Shown here in pieces: positions 9,168 through 18,901 of a DNA stretch of 64,000 nt. Location: the NCBI GenBank assembly GCA_024225275.1, contig JAAEMS010000170.1:2592-66591 (forward strand), in the 5' to 3' direction. A program made the position numbers and the translations under genes. The notes under the pieces were generated by a model. The model had not been told where the DNA came from. It saw only the letters and a program-made list of their open reading frames with translations, and made no database searches. The number at the start of each line of letters is the position of its first letter. The stretch's first letter is position 1. The DNA comes from Actinomycetes bacterium (GTDB lineage: Bacteria; Actinomycetota; Acidimicrobiia; Acidimicrobiales; JAAEMS01).

Positions 9168-10298
9168 ATGGTTGCAGAGACCGACGTCGTCGTCATTGGT
9201 GGAGGCATGGCGGGCGTGACCGCAGCCCATCATCTGGTTGCCTACCGCGAGGTAGTGGTGCTCGAACGTGAGGACCAACTCGCCCAGCACACCACCGGTC
9301 GCTCGGCCGCCGTCTACCTCGAGAACTACGGCGGCCTGCTCAACCGGGCCCTCACCATCGCCAGCCGCCCCTTCCTCGACGATCCCGGCGACCTGGCCGA
9401 TGCCCCCCTTCTCGAAGCGTGTGGCGCCCTCGATGTCGTGCCCGAAGAGTCCGTGGCCGAGGCCACCGCCCTCGCGGCCGAGGGGACACGATTGGTCCCG
9501 TCGATCCGCCTCGTGGATCAGGCCGAGGCCCTGGCCCTCCACCCCGCGGTCAGACCCGAGCACGTTGCCGCCGCCATCTGGGAGCCCGAGGCGTCGGCCA
9601 TGGACGTCATGGCCCTCCACCAGGCCTTCGTCCGAGGGGCCCATGCGGGGGGCGCCGCCTTCCATCGAGGAGCCGAGGCCGTCCAGCTCGAACCGACCGA
9701 CGACGGGTGGCTGGTCACCACCCCCAACGCCACCTGGCATGCCGCCGCGGTGGTGAATGCGGCCGGTGCCTGGGGCGACGTGGTGGCCGAACGGGCCGGG
9801 GTCCGTCCGGTCGGGCTGGTGCCGATGCGTCGCACCGCCTTCACCTGCGCGGCCCCACCCGAAGCGGCCGGCTGGCCCCTCCTCCACGCCAACTACGCCC
9901 CCGGACCCTGCTACCTGAAGCCCGAGACCGGCGACCAGCTCCTCGGCTCCCTCGCCGACGAGACCCCATCCGATCCGGTCGATGCCCGGCCCGAAGAGCT
10001 CGACATCGCCATCGCCATCGATCGCCTCACCACGCTCACCAACCTCGAGATCCGCCACGTGCGGACCTCGTGGGCCGGGCTCCGTACCTTCGCTCCCGAC
10101 CGTGATCCCGTCATCGGCTGGGATGATGAGCTGCCCGGCTTCTGCTGGATGGTGGGCCAAGGGGGCACCGGCATCCAGACCGCGGTAGCCGCCGGGGCCA
10201 CCGTCGCCGGCATCGTCACCGGCTCCGGCGTGCCCCAAGAGGTACAGGACCTGGGCGCCACCGAGGCCGCCTTCTCCCCCTTGCGGCTCCGCACCTGA
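9168..10298 (+). CDS. FAD-dependent oxidoreductase (DAO / glycine-sarcosine oxidase-like)
   Basis: N-terminal Rossmann motif is DVVVIGGGMAGVTAAHHL. The C-terminal region has GQGGTGIQ. The start is at ATG 9168, and the upstream in-frame extension is antisense to the crotonase gene. Confidence 0.8.
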   Translation: MVAETDVVVIGGGMAGVTAAHHLVAYREVVVLEREDQLAQHTTGRSAAVYLENYGGLLNRALTIASRPFLDDPGDLADAPLLEACGALDVVPEESVAEATALAAEGTRLVPSIRLVDQAEALALHPAVRPEHVAAAIWEPEASAMDVMALHQAFVRGAHAGGAAFHRGAEAVQLEPTDDGWLVTTPNATWHAAAVVNAAGAWGDVVAERAGVRPVGLVPMRRTAFTCAAPPEAAGWPLLHANYAPGPCYLKPETGDQLLGSLADETPSDPVDARPEELDIAIAIDRLTTLTNLEIRHVRTSWAGLRTFAPDRDPVIGWDDELPGFCWMVGQGGTGIQTAVAAGATVAGIVTGSGVPQEVQDLGATEAAFSPLRLRT

Positions 10299-10311
10299 AC
10301 CTGTCCCAGGG

Positions 10312-10875
10312 TCAGACCCGGCGGGCGAAGAGCTCCGCTTCGTGACGGTCGTGCTCATTCCAGCCTTCGTTGTAGCTGAGGATCTCGAGATCGGAGCGGG
10401 ACTCAGCGAAGGCCGCCAGCTCTCCATCCTCGAGGAGGTGGGCCGCCGAGGGTCGACTGCGCCGCTCGAGGTTGGTTCTGGTGGCGATGGCGATGGCCAG
10501 TAGACCTCCCCGGTTCAGCGCGTCCGCCATCTGGGGCAGGAGGTCACGGTCGAGGTAGTGGAAGCAGCAGATGACATCCCACCGGCCCTCGGGCAACCCG
10601 TCAGCCCGCAGATCATGGCGTTCGGTGGAGATGACCAAACCCAGCCGCCGGGCCCGGTCGGCCACCCGCACGAGCGCGACATCGGACACGTCGACCAGGG
10701 TGACGTCGAGCCCGAGCTCGGCCATCGCAGCCGATGTGGTGCCCCGTCCGCCGGCCACGTCCAGGGCCTGACCCGACGAGGGCAGCAGAGGAAGCAACTG
10801 GGCCACCACGGCTGGGGGCGAATCAGTGTCCTCGGCCGCCTCGTACCGCTGGTTCCATCGGGCTCGGTCATCCAT
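10312..10875 (-). CDS. Class I SAM-dependent methyltransferase (TehB-like)
   Basis: RWNQRY followed by ALDVAGGRGTTSAAMAELGLDVTLVDVSDVAL is motif I. The start is uncertain: 10875, 10953 and 11022 are all in frame. Confidence 0.75.
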   Translation of the reverse strand: MDDRARWNQRYEAAEDTDSPPAVVAQLLPLLPSSGQALDVAGGRGTTSAAMAELGLDVTLVDVSDVALVRVADRARRLGLVISTERHDLRADGLPEGRWDVICCFHYLDRDLLPQMADALNRGGLLAIAIATRTNLERRSRPSAAHLLEDGELAAFAESRSDLEILSYNEGWNEHDRHEAELFARRV

Positions 10876-10959
10876 CTCGTTGATCAGTCCCTCGTCATCC
10901 ACGCGTACCAGTCTCGCCGCATCGTCACCCCACGAGCGACCCACGCTTAGCATCGGGCC

Positions 10960-12351
10960 ATGACTGCTGATGCGACCCGGGCTCTGGCCGACGTGACGAG
11001 TCACCCGGTCTGGCTCGATCACCCCGAGGCCCCCGAACCCGGCGAGCCCCTCAGCGGGACGGTCGAGGCCGATCTCGTGATCGTGGGCGGCGGCTTCACC
11101 GGGCTGTGGGCCGCCCTCCAGGCCAAGGAACGCGACCCCGACCGCGAGATCACCCTGATCGAGGCCGACCGGATCGCGTGGGGAGCATCAGGCCGCAACG
11201 GCGGGATCGTCTCGGTGTCGCTCATCCACGGGCTGAGCAACGGCGCCGACCTGTTCCCCGACGAGCTGGGCCGACTCGAGGAGCTGGGCCGGGACAACAT
11301 CGCCGGTTTCAGGTCGACCCTCGAACGCCACCACATCGACTGTCACGATGAGTGGAACGGCGAGCTCACCGTCGCCGTCGATCCCCGCCACCTCCCAACG
11401 GTCGACCACGAGTACGAGCTCCACCGCCGCCACGGCTACGACGTCGAGCGCCTCGACGCCACCGATCTCCGGGCCCAGCTCGACAGTCCGACCTACGCCG
11501 GCGGGGTGTGGATCCGCGATGTGGCGGGCACCGTGCACCCAGCCGAGCTGGCCTGGGGCCTGGCCCGGGCGGCCCTCTCCCTCGGGGTTCGCATCCATGA
11601 GCAGACCCCCATGACCGGCATCGACGACTCGGCCACGAACCGGCTCACGGTCACCACCGCGCACGGAGCCGTCCAGGCCGGCAAGGCCATCCTGGCCACC
11701 AACGCGTTCGCCGCCGGCCCCCGCTCCATCCGTCGTCGAGTCATCGCCATCCGCGACCGGGTGGTGGCCACCGAACCCCTGACCCCCGAGCAGCTGGGCC
11801 GACTGGGCTGGACGAACCGGCAGGGGGTCTACGACACCCGCACCCAGCTCAACTACTACCGCCTCACACCCGACAACAGGGTGGTGTTCGGTGGTCGGGT
11901 GGGCTACTTCTACGGCGACCAGACCGACCCCGCGGCCGACCTCGATCCCGCCACCTATGTGCCTCTCGTCGAAGCCTTCCACTCGACGTTCCCCCAGCTG
12001 CGCGAGGTGGGGATCACCCATGCGTGGGGTGGACCGATCGGCCTCACCTCGCGTTTCTCGGCCGCCTTCGGCGCCTTGTTCGACAACCAGGCGGTGTGGG
12101 CCGGCGGCTACTCGGGATTCGGAGTAGGAACCTCGCGTTTTGGAGCCCGGGTCGCCCTCGACCTCGTCGACGGAGTCGGCGGCGACCACCTCGACCTCGA
12201 GATGGTGACCTCATCCCCGTTCCCCTTCCCACCCGAACCGTTCCGCTGGGCGGGAGCCCGGATCACCATGGCCAGCATCGCCCGAGCCGACGAACGGGGC
12301 GGACCCGACCTGTGGCTCCGGTTCCTGCACCGGCTGGGCATTCGGATCTGA
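10960..12351 (+). CDS. FAD-dependent oxidoreductase (gamma-glutamylputrescine oxidase-like DAO family)
   Basis: ADLVIVGGGFTGLWAALQAKE is the dinucleotide-binding fold. Length is 463 aa. Confidence 0.8.
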   Translation: MTADATRALADVTSHPVWLDHPEAPEPGEPLSGTVEADLVIVGGGFTGLWAALQAKERDPDREITLIEADRIAWGASGRNGGIVSVSLIHGLSNGADLFPDELGRLEELGRDNIAGFRSTLERHHIDCHDEWNGELTVAVDPRHLPTVDHEYELHRRHGYDVERLDATDLRAQLDSPTYAGGVWIRDVAGTVHPAELAWGLARAALSLGVRIHEQTPMTGIDDSATNRLTVTTAHGAVQAGKAILATNAFAAGPRSIRRRVIAIRDRVVATEPLTPEQLGRLGWTNRQGVYDTRTQLNYYRLTPDNRVVFGGRVGYFYGDQTDPAADLDPATYVPLVEAFHSTFPQLREVGITHAWGGPIGLTSRFSAAFGALFDNQAVWAGGYSGFGVGTSRFGARVALDLVDGVGGDHLDLEMVTSSPFPFPPEPFRWAGARITMASIARADERGGPDLWLRFLHRLGIRI

Positions 12352-12366
12352 ACCGAGGACCAGGGC

Positions 12367-13737
12367 ATGCACCACTACGACGCCGAGACCGATGCCCTGG
12401 CCCGGGCCGTGATCGACACTGCCCTGTCCCGGGTCCGCATGGATCCTCCACCTCTCGACGGTCCCCGCACCGCCGACGAGCTGGAGCGAACAGCCGGGCC
12501 CACGATCACCGAAGAAGGCCTCGGAGGGGCCGAGGCCCTGAGGGTCCTGCGCGACGTTCTCGCCCCGGCCACCATCTCGATAGACCATCCCCGTTTCCTC
12601 GCCTTCGTACCGGCCGCCCCCACCGAGGCGGCGGTACTCGCCGATCTCATCGTCGGCGCCTCGTCGATCTACGCCGGCTCGTGGATGGAGGGAGCGGGCG
12701 CGGTGTACGCCGAGAACGTCGCGCTCCGATTCCTGGCCGACGAGATCGGCTTCCCCGACGGGGCCGGCGGAGTCTTCGTATCCGGGGGGACGGCCGGGAA
12801 CCTGTCGGCCCTGGTCGCCGCCCGTCATCGGGCCCGGGCCGGGCGAACCGAGCAGGGTCAGAGCCGGCCCCACCGATGGTCCATCGTCGGCTCGGCCGAG
12901 GCCCATTCGTCGATCCAGGCCGCCGCCGACGTCATGGACTGCGACATCATCGACGTGCCGGTCGACGCCAATGCCCGCCTCACTGGCGCGGCCGTACGGG
13001 CCCGCCTCGAAGAGCTCGACGACGAAACCCGCGACGGGATCTTCGCGGTCGTGGCCACCGGGGGCACCACCAACCTCGGCGTGGTCGACGACCTTGCCGG
13101 GGTGGCCGAGACGTGCGCCGACCACGATCTGTGGTTCCACGTCGACGGGGCCTACGGTGGGGCAGCTCTTCTGGCCCCCAGTGCCCGGCCCCGGTTCGCC
13201 GGCATCGAGCGGGCCGACAGCTTCATCGTCGACCCCCACAAGTGGCTGTTCGCCCCCTTCGACTCGTGCGCACTTCTCTATCGCGACCCCGACGCGGCCC
13301 GCTCCGCCCACACCCAGCAGGCTGGCTATCTCGATGTGTTGACGACTGGCGAGTGGAACCCCAGCGACTTCGCCCACCACCTCAGTCGTCGGGCCCGCGG
13401 CGTTCCCTTCTGGTTCTCCCTGGCCACCCACGGAGTACAGGCCTATCGCGATGCCATCGAGCAGGCCCTGACCCTCGCCCGCGATACCGCGGCACTCGTC
13501 CGTGCCCACCCTGATCTCGAACTGGTCCACGAGCCCGAGCTGTCGGTGGTGGCCTTCCGGCGGCGGGGATGGCAGAAGGCCGCCTACGACGCCTGGTCCG
13601 ATCGGATCCTGCGCCGCGGTCTCGCCTTCGTGGTTCCCACCGGGACCCACGAGGGGCCGGCCCTCCGGTTCTGTTTCATCAACCCCCGAACGACCATCAC
13701 CGATGTCGAGCTCATCCTCGGTACCCTCGACGACTGA
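12367..13737 (+). CDS. Group II pyridoxal-phosphate-dependent decarboxylase (aromatic-amino-acid/glutamate decarboxylase family)
   Basis: SGGTAGNLSALVAAR, HVDGAYGGAALL and SFIVDPHKWLFAPFDSCALLY, where HK is the PLP lysine. Confidence 0.88.
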   Translation: MHHYDAETDALARAVIDTALSRVRMDPPPLDGPRTADELERTAGPTITEEGLGGAEALRVLRDVLAPATISIDHPRFLAFVPAAPTEAAVLADLIVGASSIYAGSWMEGAGAVYAENVALRFLADEIGFPDGAGGVFVSGGTAGNLSALVAARHRARAGRTEQGQSRPHRWSIVGSAEAHSSIQAAADVMDCDIIDVPVDANARLTGAAVRARLEELDDETRDGIFAVVATGGTTNLGVVDDLAGVAETCADHDLWFHVDGAYGGAALLAPSARPRFAGIERADSFIVDPHKWLFAPFDSCALLYRDPDAARSAHTQQAGYLDVLTTGEWNPSDFAHHLSRRARGVPFWFSLATHGVQAYRDAIEQALTLARDTAALVRAHPDLELVHEPELSVVAFRRRGWQKAAYDAWSDRILRRGLAFVVPTGTHEGPALRFCFINPRTTITDVELILGTLDD

Positions 13738-13819
13738 GCCGCACGGCGCGAGCCCGAAGGCGAACCGAAGAGACCGAGCCGCACGGCGCGAGCCCGAAGG
13801 CGAACCGAAGAGACCGAGC
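13736..13819. repeat. 40-bp tandem direct repeat, 2.1 copies
   Basis: The unit gagccgcacggcgcgagcccgaaggcgaaccgaagagacc occurs at 13736-13775 and 13776-13815, then gagc follows. The two full copies are identical. The first copy starts inside the TGA stop of the decarboxylase, and the array ends 3 nt before the NUDIX GTG start. Confidence 0.95.
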
Positions 13820-13822
13820 TCC

Positions 13823-14356
13823 GTGGCTGCTCCCTACACCCCGATCGTCGGGACCCTCGTCTACATCTGGGACCGTGACACCGACCGGGTCCTGCTCGTT
13901 CACCGCAACGCCCGGGCCGACGACGAGCACCTCGGCAAGTACAACGGGCTCGGTGGCAAGCTGGAAGCCGACGAGGATGTCGTGTCGAGCTGTCGGCGAG
14001 AGGCTCACGAAGAGGCCGGCCTCGAGCTCACCGAGCTGACCCTGCGGGGCACGGTCAGCTGGCCCGGGTTCGGCCCCAACGGCGAGGACTGGCTGGGTTT
14101 CATCTTCCGGGCCCACCGCTGGGCCGGTGAACCTCACACCACCAACGAGGAGGGCACCCTCCACTGGGTTGCACGTTCCCGGCTCCTGGCCGCCTGCTCC
14201 GACGACCCTGCCGAGCGCAGCCGGGCCGACCTACCCTCGTGGGCCGGCGACCGCTGGTTCGTTCCCCTGGTGTTCGACGACGACCCTCGGGCCTTCCACG
14301 GGATCATGCCCTACGAGCAGGGCGAGCCGGTGAGCTGGTCAGTGGAGCGGCTGTAA
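13823..14356 (+). CDS. NUDIX hydrolase (MutT/8-oxo-dGTPase-like)
   Basis: The Nudix box is GGKLEADEDVVSSCRREAHEEAGL. I chose the GTG start at 13823 because the longer in-frame ORF from 13502 overlaps the decarboxylase and the repeat. Confidence 0.8.
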   Translation: MAAPYTPIVGTLVYIWDRDTDRVLLVHRNARADDEHLGKYNGLGGKLEADEDVVSSCRREAHEEAGLELTELTLRGTVSWPGFGPNGEDWLGFIFRAHRWAGEPHTTNEEGTLHWVARSRLLAACSDDPAERSRADLPSWAGDRWFVPLVFDDDPRAFHGIMPYEQGEPVSWSVERL

Positions 14357-14384
14357 ACACCCGACGGATCGATAGCGTCGTTTC

Positions 14385-15194
14385 GTGACCGAAACCGACC
14401 GTATCCCTGCCGATGTCAGCCGGGTCTTCGAGCTCGAGGCCCACGGCCCCGACGTCTGGGTGGGTGAGAGCCCCGAGTATCCGTGGGGCCGAATCTACGG
14501 AGGCCTGGTCATCGCCCAGGCCCTCTGGGCCGCCACCCAGACGGTGGTACCCGAGCACAGCATCCACTCCCTGCACGGCTACTTCATCCTCGGTGGCGAC
14601 CCCAACGAGCCGGTGCGCTACGAGGTCGACCGGGTCCGCAACGGCCGGTCGTTCACCACCCGCCGGGTCGCCGCCCGCCAGAGCGGCGGGGCCATCCTGA
14701 TCCTGTCGTGCTCCTTCCAGCGGTTCGAGGAGGGGGTCGAGACCCAGACCGCCGACTACCCCTCCGACGCCCCCGACCCCGGCACGGTCACCGCCTACCG
14801 TGAGGGTTCGGGCGTCGACCGCTACGACGTTCCCATCGAGGGCCCCCGATCGCTGGTGTGGTCACGCTTCCCCGGCGAGCTGGGCGACGACCCCCGACTC
14901 CACGCTTGTGCGTTGGCCTACATCAGCGACACCAACGCCATGGACGCGGTGGCTACTTCACACCCCCGGGGCATCCCTCCCGAGGGCGAGTGGGAGTCGA
15001 CCTACATGACCGCCAGCCTCGACCACGCCATGTGGTTCCATCGCCCCGCCCGCGCCGACGATTGGGTGCTTCTCGACATGGACGGCCACGGCATCCTCCG
15101 GACCCGGGGCCTGTCCACCGGGCACGTCTTCGATGCGACAGGCGACCACCTCGCCACCATCGCCCAGGAGGGCCTGATCCGCGAGGTCGACTAG
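14385..15194 (+). CDS. tesB: Acyl-CoA thioesterase II
   Basis: GGLVIAQALWAA, VRNGRSFTTRRVAARQSGGAILILSCSFQ and SLDHAMWFHRP indicate the double hot-dog TesB family. Confidence 0.85.
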   Translation: MTETDRIPADVSRVFELEAHGPDVWVGESPEYPWGRIYGGLVIAQALWAATQTVVPEHSIHSLHGYFILGGDPNEPVRYEVDRVRNGRSFTTRRVAARQSGGAILILSCSFQRFEEGVETQTADYPSDAPDPGTVTAYREGSGVDRYDVPIEGPRSLVWSRFPGELGDDPRLHACALAYISDTNAMDAVATSHPRGIPPEGEWESTYMTASLDHAMWFHRPARADDWVLLDMDGHGILRTRGLSTGHVFDATGDHLATIAQEGLIREVD

Positions 15195-15508
15195 CTCATT
15201 CGCACCCTCTGAAGACCCGATGCGGGGCGGGATCATGGGGGGACTTTCGACCCTGCTCCTGGGGTCATCGTTGACCGAGCATGGTCGCGTGGATGAGACT
15301 CCTTGATCCCCCGGACTACGCGTTCGGGTTGTTCAACCGTGAAGAGTCCGACCTGATGGTCACCTACGTCGGGATCTGCGAGGCCCACAACATGACCCGG
15401 GGCCGGCGGTCGACCCGCTGACCGGACTGGTCCCGTGGGGCCATAGCCAACGCGAGACCACAACCGTGGCCGAGCCACCCCCTCGATGTCACCATTCAGG
15501 AGACCGAC

Positions 15509-17182
15509 ATGGCCGATGCCATCACCATCTACCCCGCCCGCCAGATCATCACCATGAACCGGGCCTTCCCGTTCGCCGAGGCGGTGGCGGTGAGGGCATC
15601 CCGCATTCTCGGGGTGGGCAGCATCCACGACCTCACGACCTGGGGTGACCACACCATCGACGACCGCTTCCGCGACCATGTGCTGACCCCCGGTTTCGTC
15701 GAGGCCCATACCCATGTGATGACCGGCGGGGTGTGGCAGTACACCTATGTCGGCTACTTCGACCGCAAAGGCCCCGACGGCAAGCTCTGGAAGGGCTGCC
15801 AGGACATCGACTCCGTGGTCGACCGCCTGGCCGGGGTCGAGGCCACCCTCGACGACCCCCACCAGCCCCTTGTGGCGTGGGGCCTCGACCCCATCTACTT
15901 CCCGGGTGAGCGGATGGTGGCTACCCACCTCGACCGGGTCTCGGACCGCAGACCGATCTTCGTGTACCACGCCAGCGGTCACCTGGCGACGGTCAACTCC
16001 GCCCTCATGGAGCTGGAGAGCATCACCGTCGACACACCCACCCCCGGTGTGGCCCGCGGCGCCGACGGTCAACCCAACGGCGAGCTCCAGGAACCCGCGG
16101 CCATGATGCTGGGCGGCAACGCCTACCGCGAGATCAGCATTGCCATGGGTACCGAGGAAGCCATCTGGAACTACGGCAATGAGGCCCGGAACTGCGGCAC
16201 AACGCTCGTTACCGATCTGGGCACCACACCAGTCGACAACCAGGACCGCATCGACCAATGGCGCCGAGTCACCGATGATCCCGGCTTCCCCACCCGAGTG
16301 ATGGTGGCCACCATGGGCGCGGGCTTCGGGTCCCGCTCGACTCTGTCCGATCTCGCCCAGCGCACTCTCGAGCTCCAGGCCACCGGCACCGAGAAGCTCC
16401 GCTTCGGTCTGGTCAAGATCGTGCTCGACGGCTCGATCCAGGGGTTCACCGCACGCGTGACGTGGCCCCACTACTACAACCCCCCCGAAGGCCATCCTGG
16501 TAACGGCCTGTGGCTGGTGCCACCCGACCAGATGCCGGAAATCGTGGGTGCCTTCCATGACGCTGGCCTCACCGTGCACTGCCACTGCAACGGCGACGAG
16601 GCCGCCGAGGTGTTCATCGATGCGGTCGAGCAGTCACTCGAGCGTCACCCCCGTTGGGACCACCGCCACACCGTCCAGCACTGCCAGCTCACCACCCCCG
16701 CCCAGTACCGCCGTATGGCCGCCCTGGGCATGTGCGCCAACATCTTCGCCAATCACATCTTCTACTGGGGCGACCAACACCGCGACTTCACCGTGGGCCC
16801 CGAGCGGGCCGCCCGCATGGACGCCTGCGCCACCGCGCTTCGCGAAGGGGTGTCGTTCTCGATCCACTCCGACGCCCCGATCACCCCGATGGGCCACCTC
16901 CACACCGCCTGGTCTGCGATCAACCGACTCACCGCGTCGGGGGATGTGCTGGGTCCCAACGAACGCATCCCGGCTCTGGCCGCCCTCGAGTCGATCACCA
17001 TCGGCGGCGCCCATCAGCTCAAGCTCGACCACGACCTGGGCAGCATCGAGGCCGGGAAGCTCGCCGACTTCGCCGTCCTCGATGACGACCCCCTCGAGGT
17101 CGACCCCCGGACCATCAAGGACATCGGGGTCTGGGGTACCGTCCTGGGCGGCGTCCCCTTCGAGGCCGCCAGCGGGGGGTGA
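15509..17182 (+). CDS. Amidohydrolase-family metal-dependent hydrolase (YtcJ-like, Amidohydro_3)
   Basis: GFVEAHTHVMTGG is the HxH metal site, followed by VKIVLDGS, HCHCNGD, and HSDAP near the C terminus. Confidence 0.85.
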   Translation: MADAITIYPARQIITMNRAFPFAEAVAVRASRILGVGSIHDLTTWGDHTIDDRFRDHVLTPGFVEAHTHVMTGGVWQYTYVGYFDRKGPDGKLWKGCQDIDSVVDRLAGVEATLDDPHQPLVAWGLDPIYFPGERMVATHLDRVSDRRPIFVYHASGHLATVNSALMELESITVDTPTPGVARGADGQPNGELQEPAAMMLGGNAYREISIAMGTEEAIWNYGNEARNCGTTLVTDLGTTPVDNQDRIDQWRRVTDDPGFPTRVMVATMGAGFGSRSTLSDLAQRTLELQATGTEKLRFGLVKIVLDGSIQGFTARVTWPHYYNPPEGHPGNGLWLVPPDQMPEIVGAFHDAGLTVHCHCNGDEAAEVFIDAVEQSLERHPRWDHRHTVQHCQLTTPAQYRRMAALGMCANIFANHIFYWGDQHRDFTVGPERAARMDACATALREGVSFSIHSDAPITPMGHLHTAWSAINRLTASGDVLGPNERIPALAALESITIGGAHQLKLDHDLGSIEAGKLADFAVLDDDPLEVDPRTIKDIGVWGTVLGGVPFEAASGG

Positions 17183-17195
17183 GGAGTTGGCAACC

Positions 17196-18101
17196 ATGTC
17201 CGACCCGATCGCCCTGACCGTCATCGGCGGCTACCTCGGTGCGGGAAAGACAACACTGCTCAACCAAGTGCTGCGTCATACCGCCGAGCGGGTGGCCGTC
17301 CTGGTCAATGATTTCGGGGCCCTCAACATCGATGAGGACCTCATCGAGACCACCGGCGACGACATGATCACCCTGGCCAATGGGTGCATCTGCTGCAGCC
17401 TGGTCGACGGTTTCGCGGGAGCACTCACCCGGCTGAGAGAGCTCGACGATCCTCCCCCCCGACTCCTGGTCGAGACCAGCGGCGTGGCTCTACCGGCCAC
17501 CGTCGCCGCCTACGGCCACACCCCCGGGTTTCGGCTCGATGGGGTGATAGTGCTGGCCGACACCGAGACCATCCGGGCCCGCAGCACCGACCGGTACGTC
17601 GGTGACACGATTCTCGGCCAGTTGGTAGGGGCCGACCTGCTGGTGTTGACCAAGGTCGATCTGATCGACGCGGCGCGGGCCCAAGAGCTCCACCACTGGC
17701 TCGGCGATGTGGCCCCAGGGGTACCGGTCATCGAGGCCGTCGGAGGAGCCGTGCCGTTCACCGCTCTGTTCGGCACCGCTTCACCCGAACGGGAGGTCGA
17801 CCCAGGCCCGGCTCCCCACGCGGACGAGCTGTTCGACACCCAGAGCTGGTCGTCAACCGACCCCGTCGACGATGCCCGGCTGGCGGCCCTGCTCGATTCC
17901 CGCGACGACTCGGTGATCCGTCTCAAGGGCATCGTCCGCCTGAGTTCTGACCCCGAGAACCGCAAGGTCGTGCAGGTGGTGGGCGCCCGTCAGTCGATCG
18001 TCGTCCAAGGTGGGTGGCCCGAAGGGGCGCCGAGCCGCTTGGTGGTCATTGCCCGCCGCGGCACCCTGCCCGCTGACTGGCTCAGCTCCGGCCTCGGGTA
18101 G
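17196..18101 (+). CDS. CobW/COG0523-family GTPase (metallochaperone)
   Basis: P-loop GGYLGAGKTTLLN, the CxCC metal motif GCICCS, ETSGVA and TKVDL. The start is ATG 17196, 11 nt after the upstream stop. Confidence 0.88.
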   Translation: MSDPIALTVIGGYLGAGKTTLLNQVLRHTAERVAVLVNDFGALNIDEDLIETTGDDMITLANGCICCSLVDGFAGALTRLRELDDPPPRLLVETSGVALPATVAAYGHTPGFRLDGVIVLADTETIRARSTDRYVGDTILGQLVGADLLVLTKVDLIDAARAQELHHWLGDVAPGVPVIEAVGGAVPFTALFGTASPEREVDPGPAPHADELFDTQSWSSTDPVDDARLAALLDSRDDSVIRLKGIVRLSSDPENRKVVQVVGARQSIVVQGGWPEGAPSRLVVIARRGTLPADWLSSGLG

Positions 18102-18109
18102 CAGCCCGC

Positions 18110-18865
18110 TCAGGCGCAGCCATCGCCAGGGTGCTCGACCGCGACCTGGGTGACCGACACCCCATCGGTGGGGCAGAGGTCTACGACCAGGGCCTGACCA
18201 CCGCCGTAGCCGCTGGGCGCCCCGGAATACCACGCCGTGACCCCGCCCATCGACACGTCGGAGGTGACATGGTGATGCCCCAAGGCCACATAGTCGGCAC
18301 CGGTGGCGCGTACGTCGTCGTTGGTGATTATCGACGACCGGTGTTGGTCCTCGGCTCGGCCGGGCCCGATGTGATGGCCGTGACCCATGACGAGGTACCA
18401 CACGTCGTCGGCCGGGCGCGGGGCGACCCCGTGGAGAGGGCGGTACGCAGACGAGTGCTCGGTCATCGCCCGACCCCAGAGGTGGATGGCCCCGTCGAGC
18501 ATCCGCGACTCGGCCCCGGCGTGGTCGTCGACGAACCGCACCGAGGATGACTGGACCACATGCTCGTACCGAAGGTAGATCGATCGGTCGTCGTGGGCAT
18601 CATGGTTGCCGACCAGGAGAATGACCTCGCCCGGTAGCTTGTCGAGCTGGGCGAAGACCGCGGTGACGAGGTCTTCTTCGACCCGGGCGTGATCGAACAG
18701 ATCACCGGCGATGATCACACCGTCGACCTCGTGGTCATGGCCCAGCTGCTCGATGGCAAGCAGGTCACACAGACACTGATCGAGATGAGGAGCCTCCGAC
18801 GTGGGTGCGTAGCCGGCCACATGGATGTCAGAGGTGTGAAGGAGGCGTACCCGCCGTCGAACCAT
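18110..18865 (-). CDS. Metallophosphoesterase
   Basis: LLHTSDIHV, IIAGDLFDH, LVGNHDAHD and GHGHH are calcineurin-like phosphoesterase motifs. Confidence 0.82.
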   Translation of the reverse strand: MVRRRVRLLHTSDIHVAGYAPTSEAPHLDQCLCDLLAIEQLGHDHEVDGVIIAGDLFDHARVEEDLVTAVFAQLDKLPGEVILLVGNHDAHDDRSIYLRYEHVVQSSSVRFVDDHAGAESRMLDGAIHLWGRAMTEHSSAYRPLHGVAPRPADDVWYLVMGHGHHIGPGRAEDQHRSSIITNDDVRATGADYVALGHHHVTSDVSMGGVTAWYSGAPSGYGGGQALVVDLCPTDGVSVTQVAVEHPGDGCA

Positions 18866-18901
18866 CGGGGAATGGTAGGCCAGGCCAATTGGCCCGGTGA
18901 G

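Noticed and set aside
12024-13650. Two very long ORFs (12024-13514 plus strand, 12211-13650 minus strand) overlapping the PLP decarboxylase gene
   Set aside because: Their composition is extreme (RRRPGRG repeats). The decarboxylase frame carries the PLP-lysine motif and normal composition, so these are out-of-frame or antisense artefacts.
13736-13819. CRISPR array hypothesis for the tandem repeats (also 32497-32563 and 42371-42458)
   Set aside because: There are only 2-3 copies. The copies are either directly abutting, with no spacers, or separated by a single 32-nt spacer. No cas genes are in the window and no leader is evident.
15233-16585. 450-aa minus-strand ORF opposite the amidohydrolase gene
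   Set aside because: It has no recognisable motifs and is Gly/His/Val-rich, as expected when a GC-rich gene is read antisense. The plus-strand frame has the HxH metal site and family motifs.
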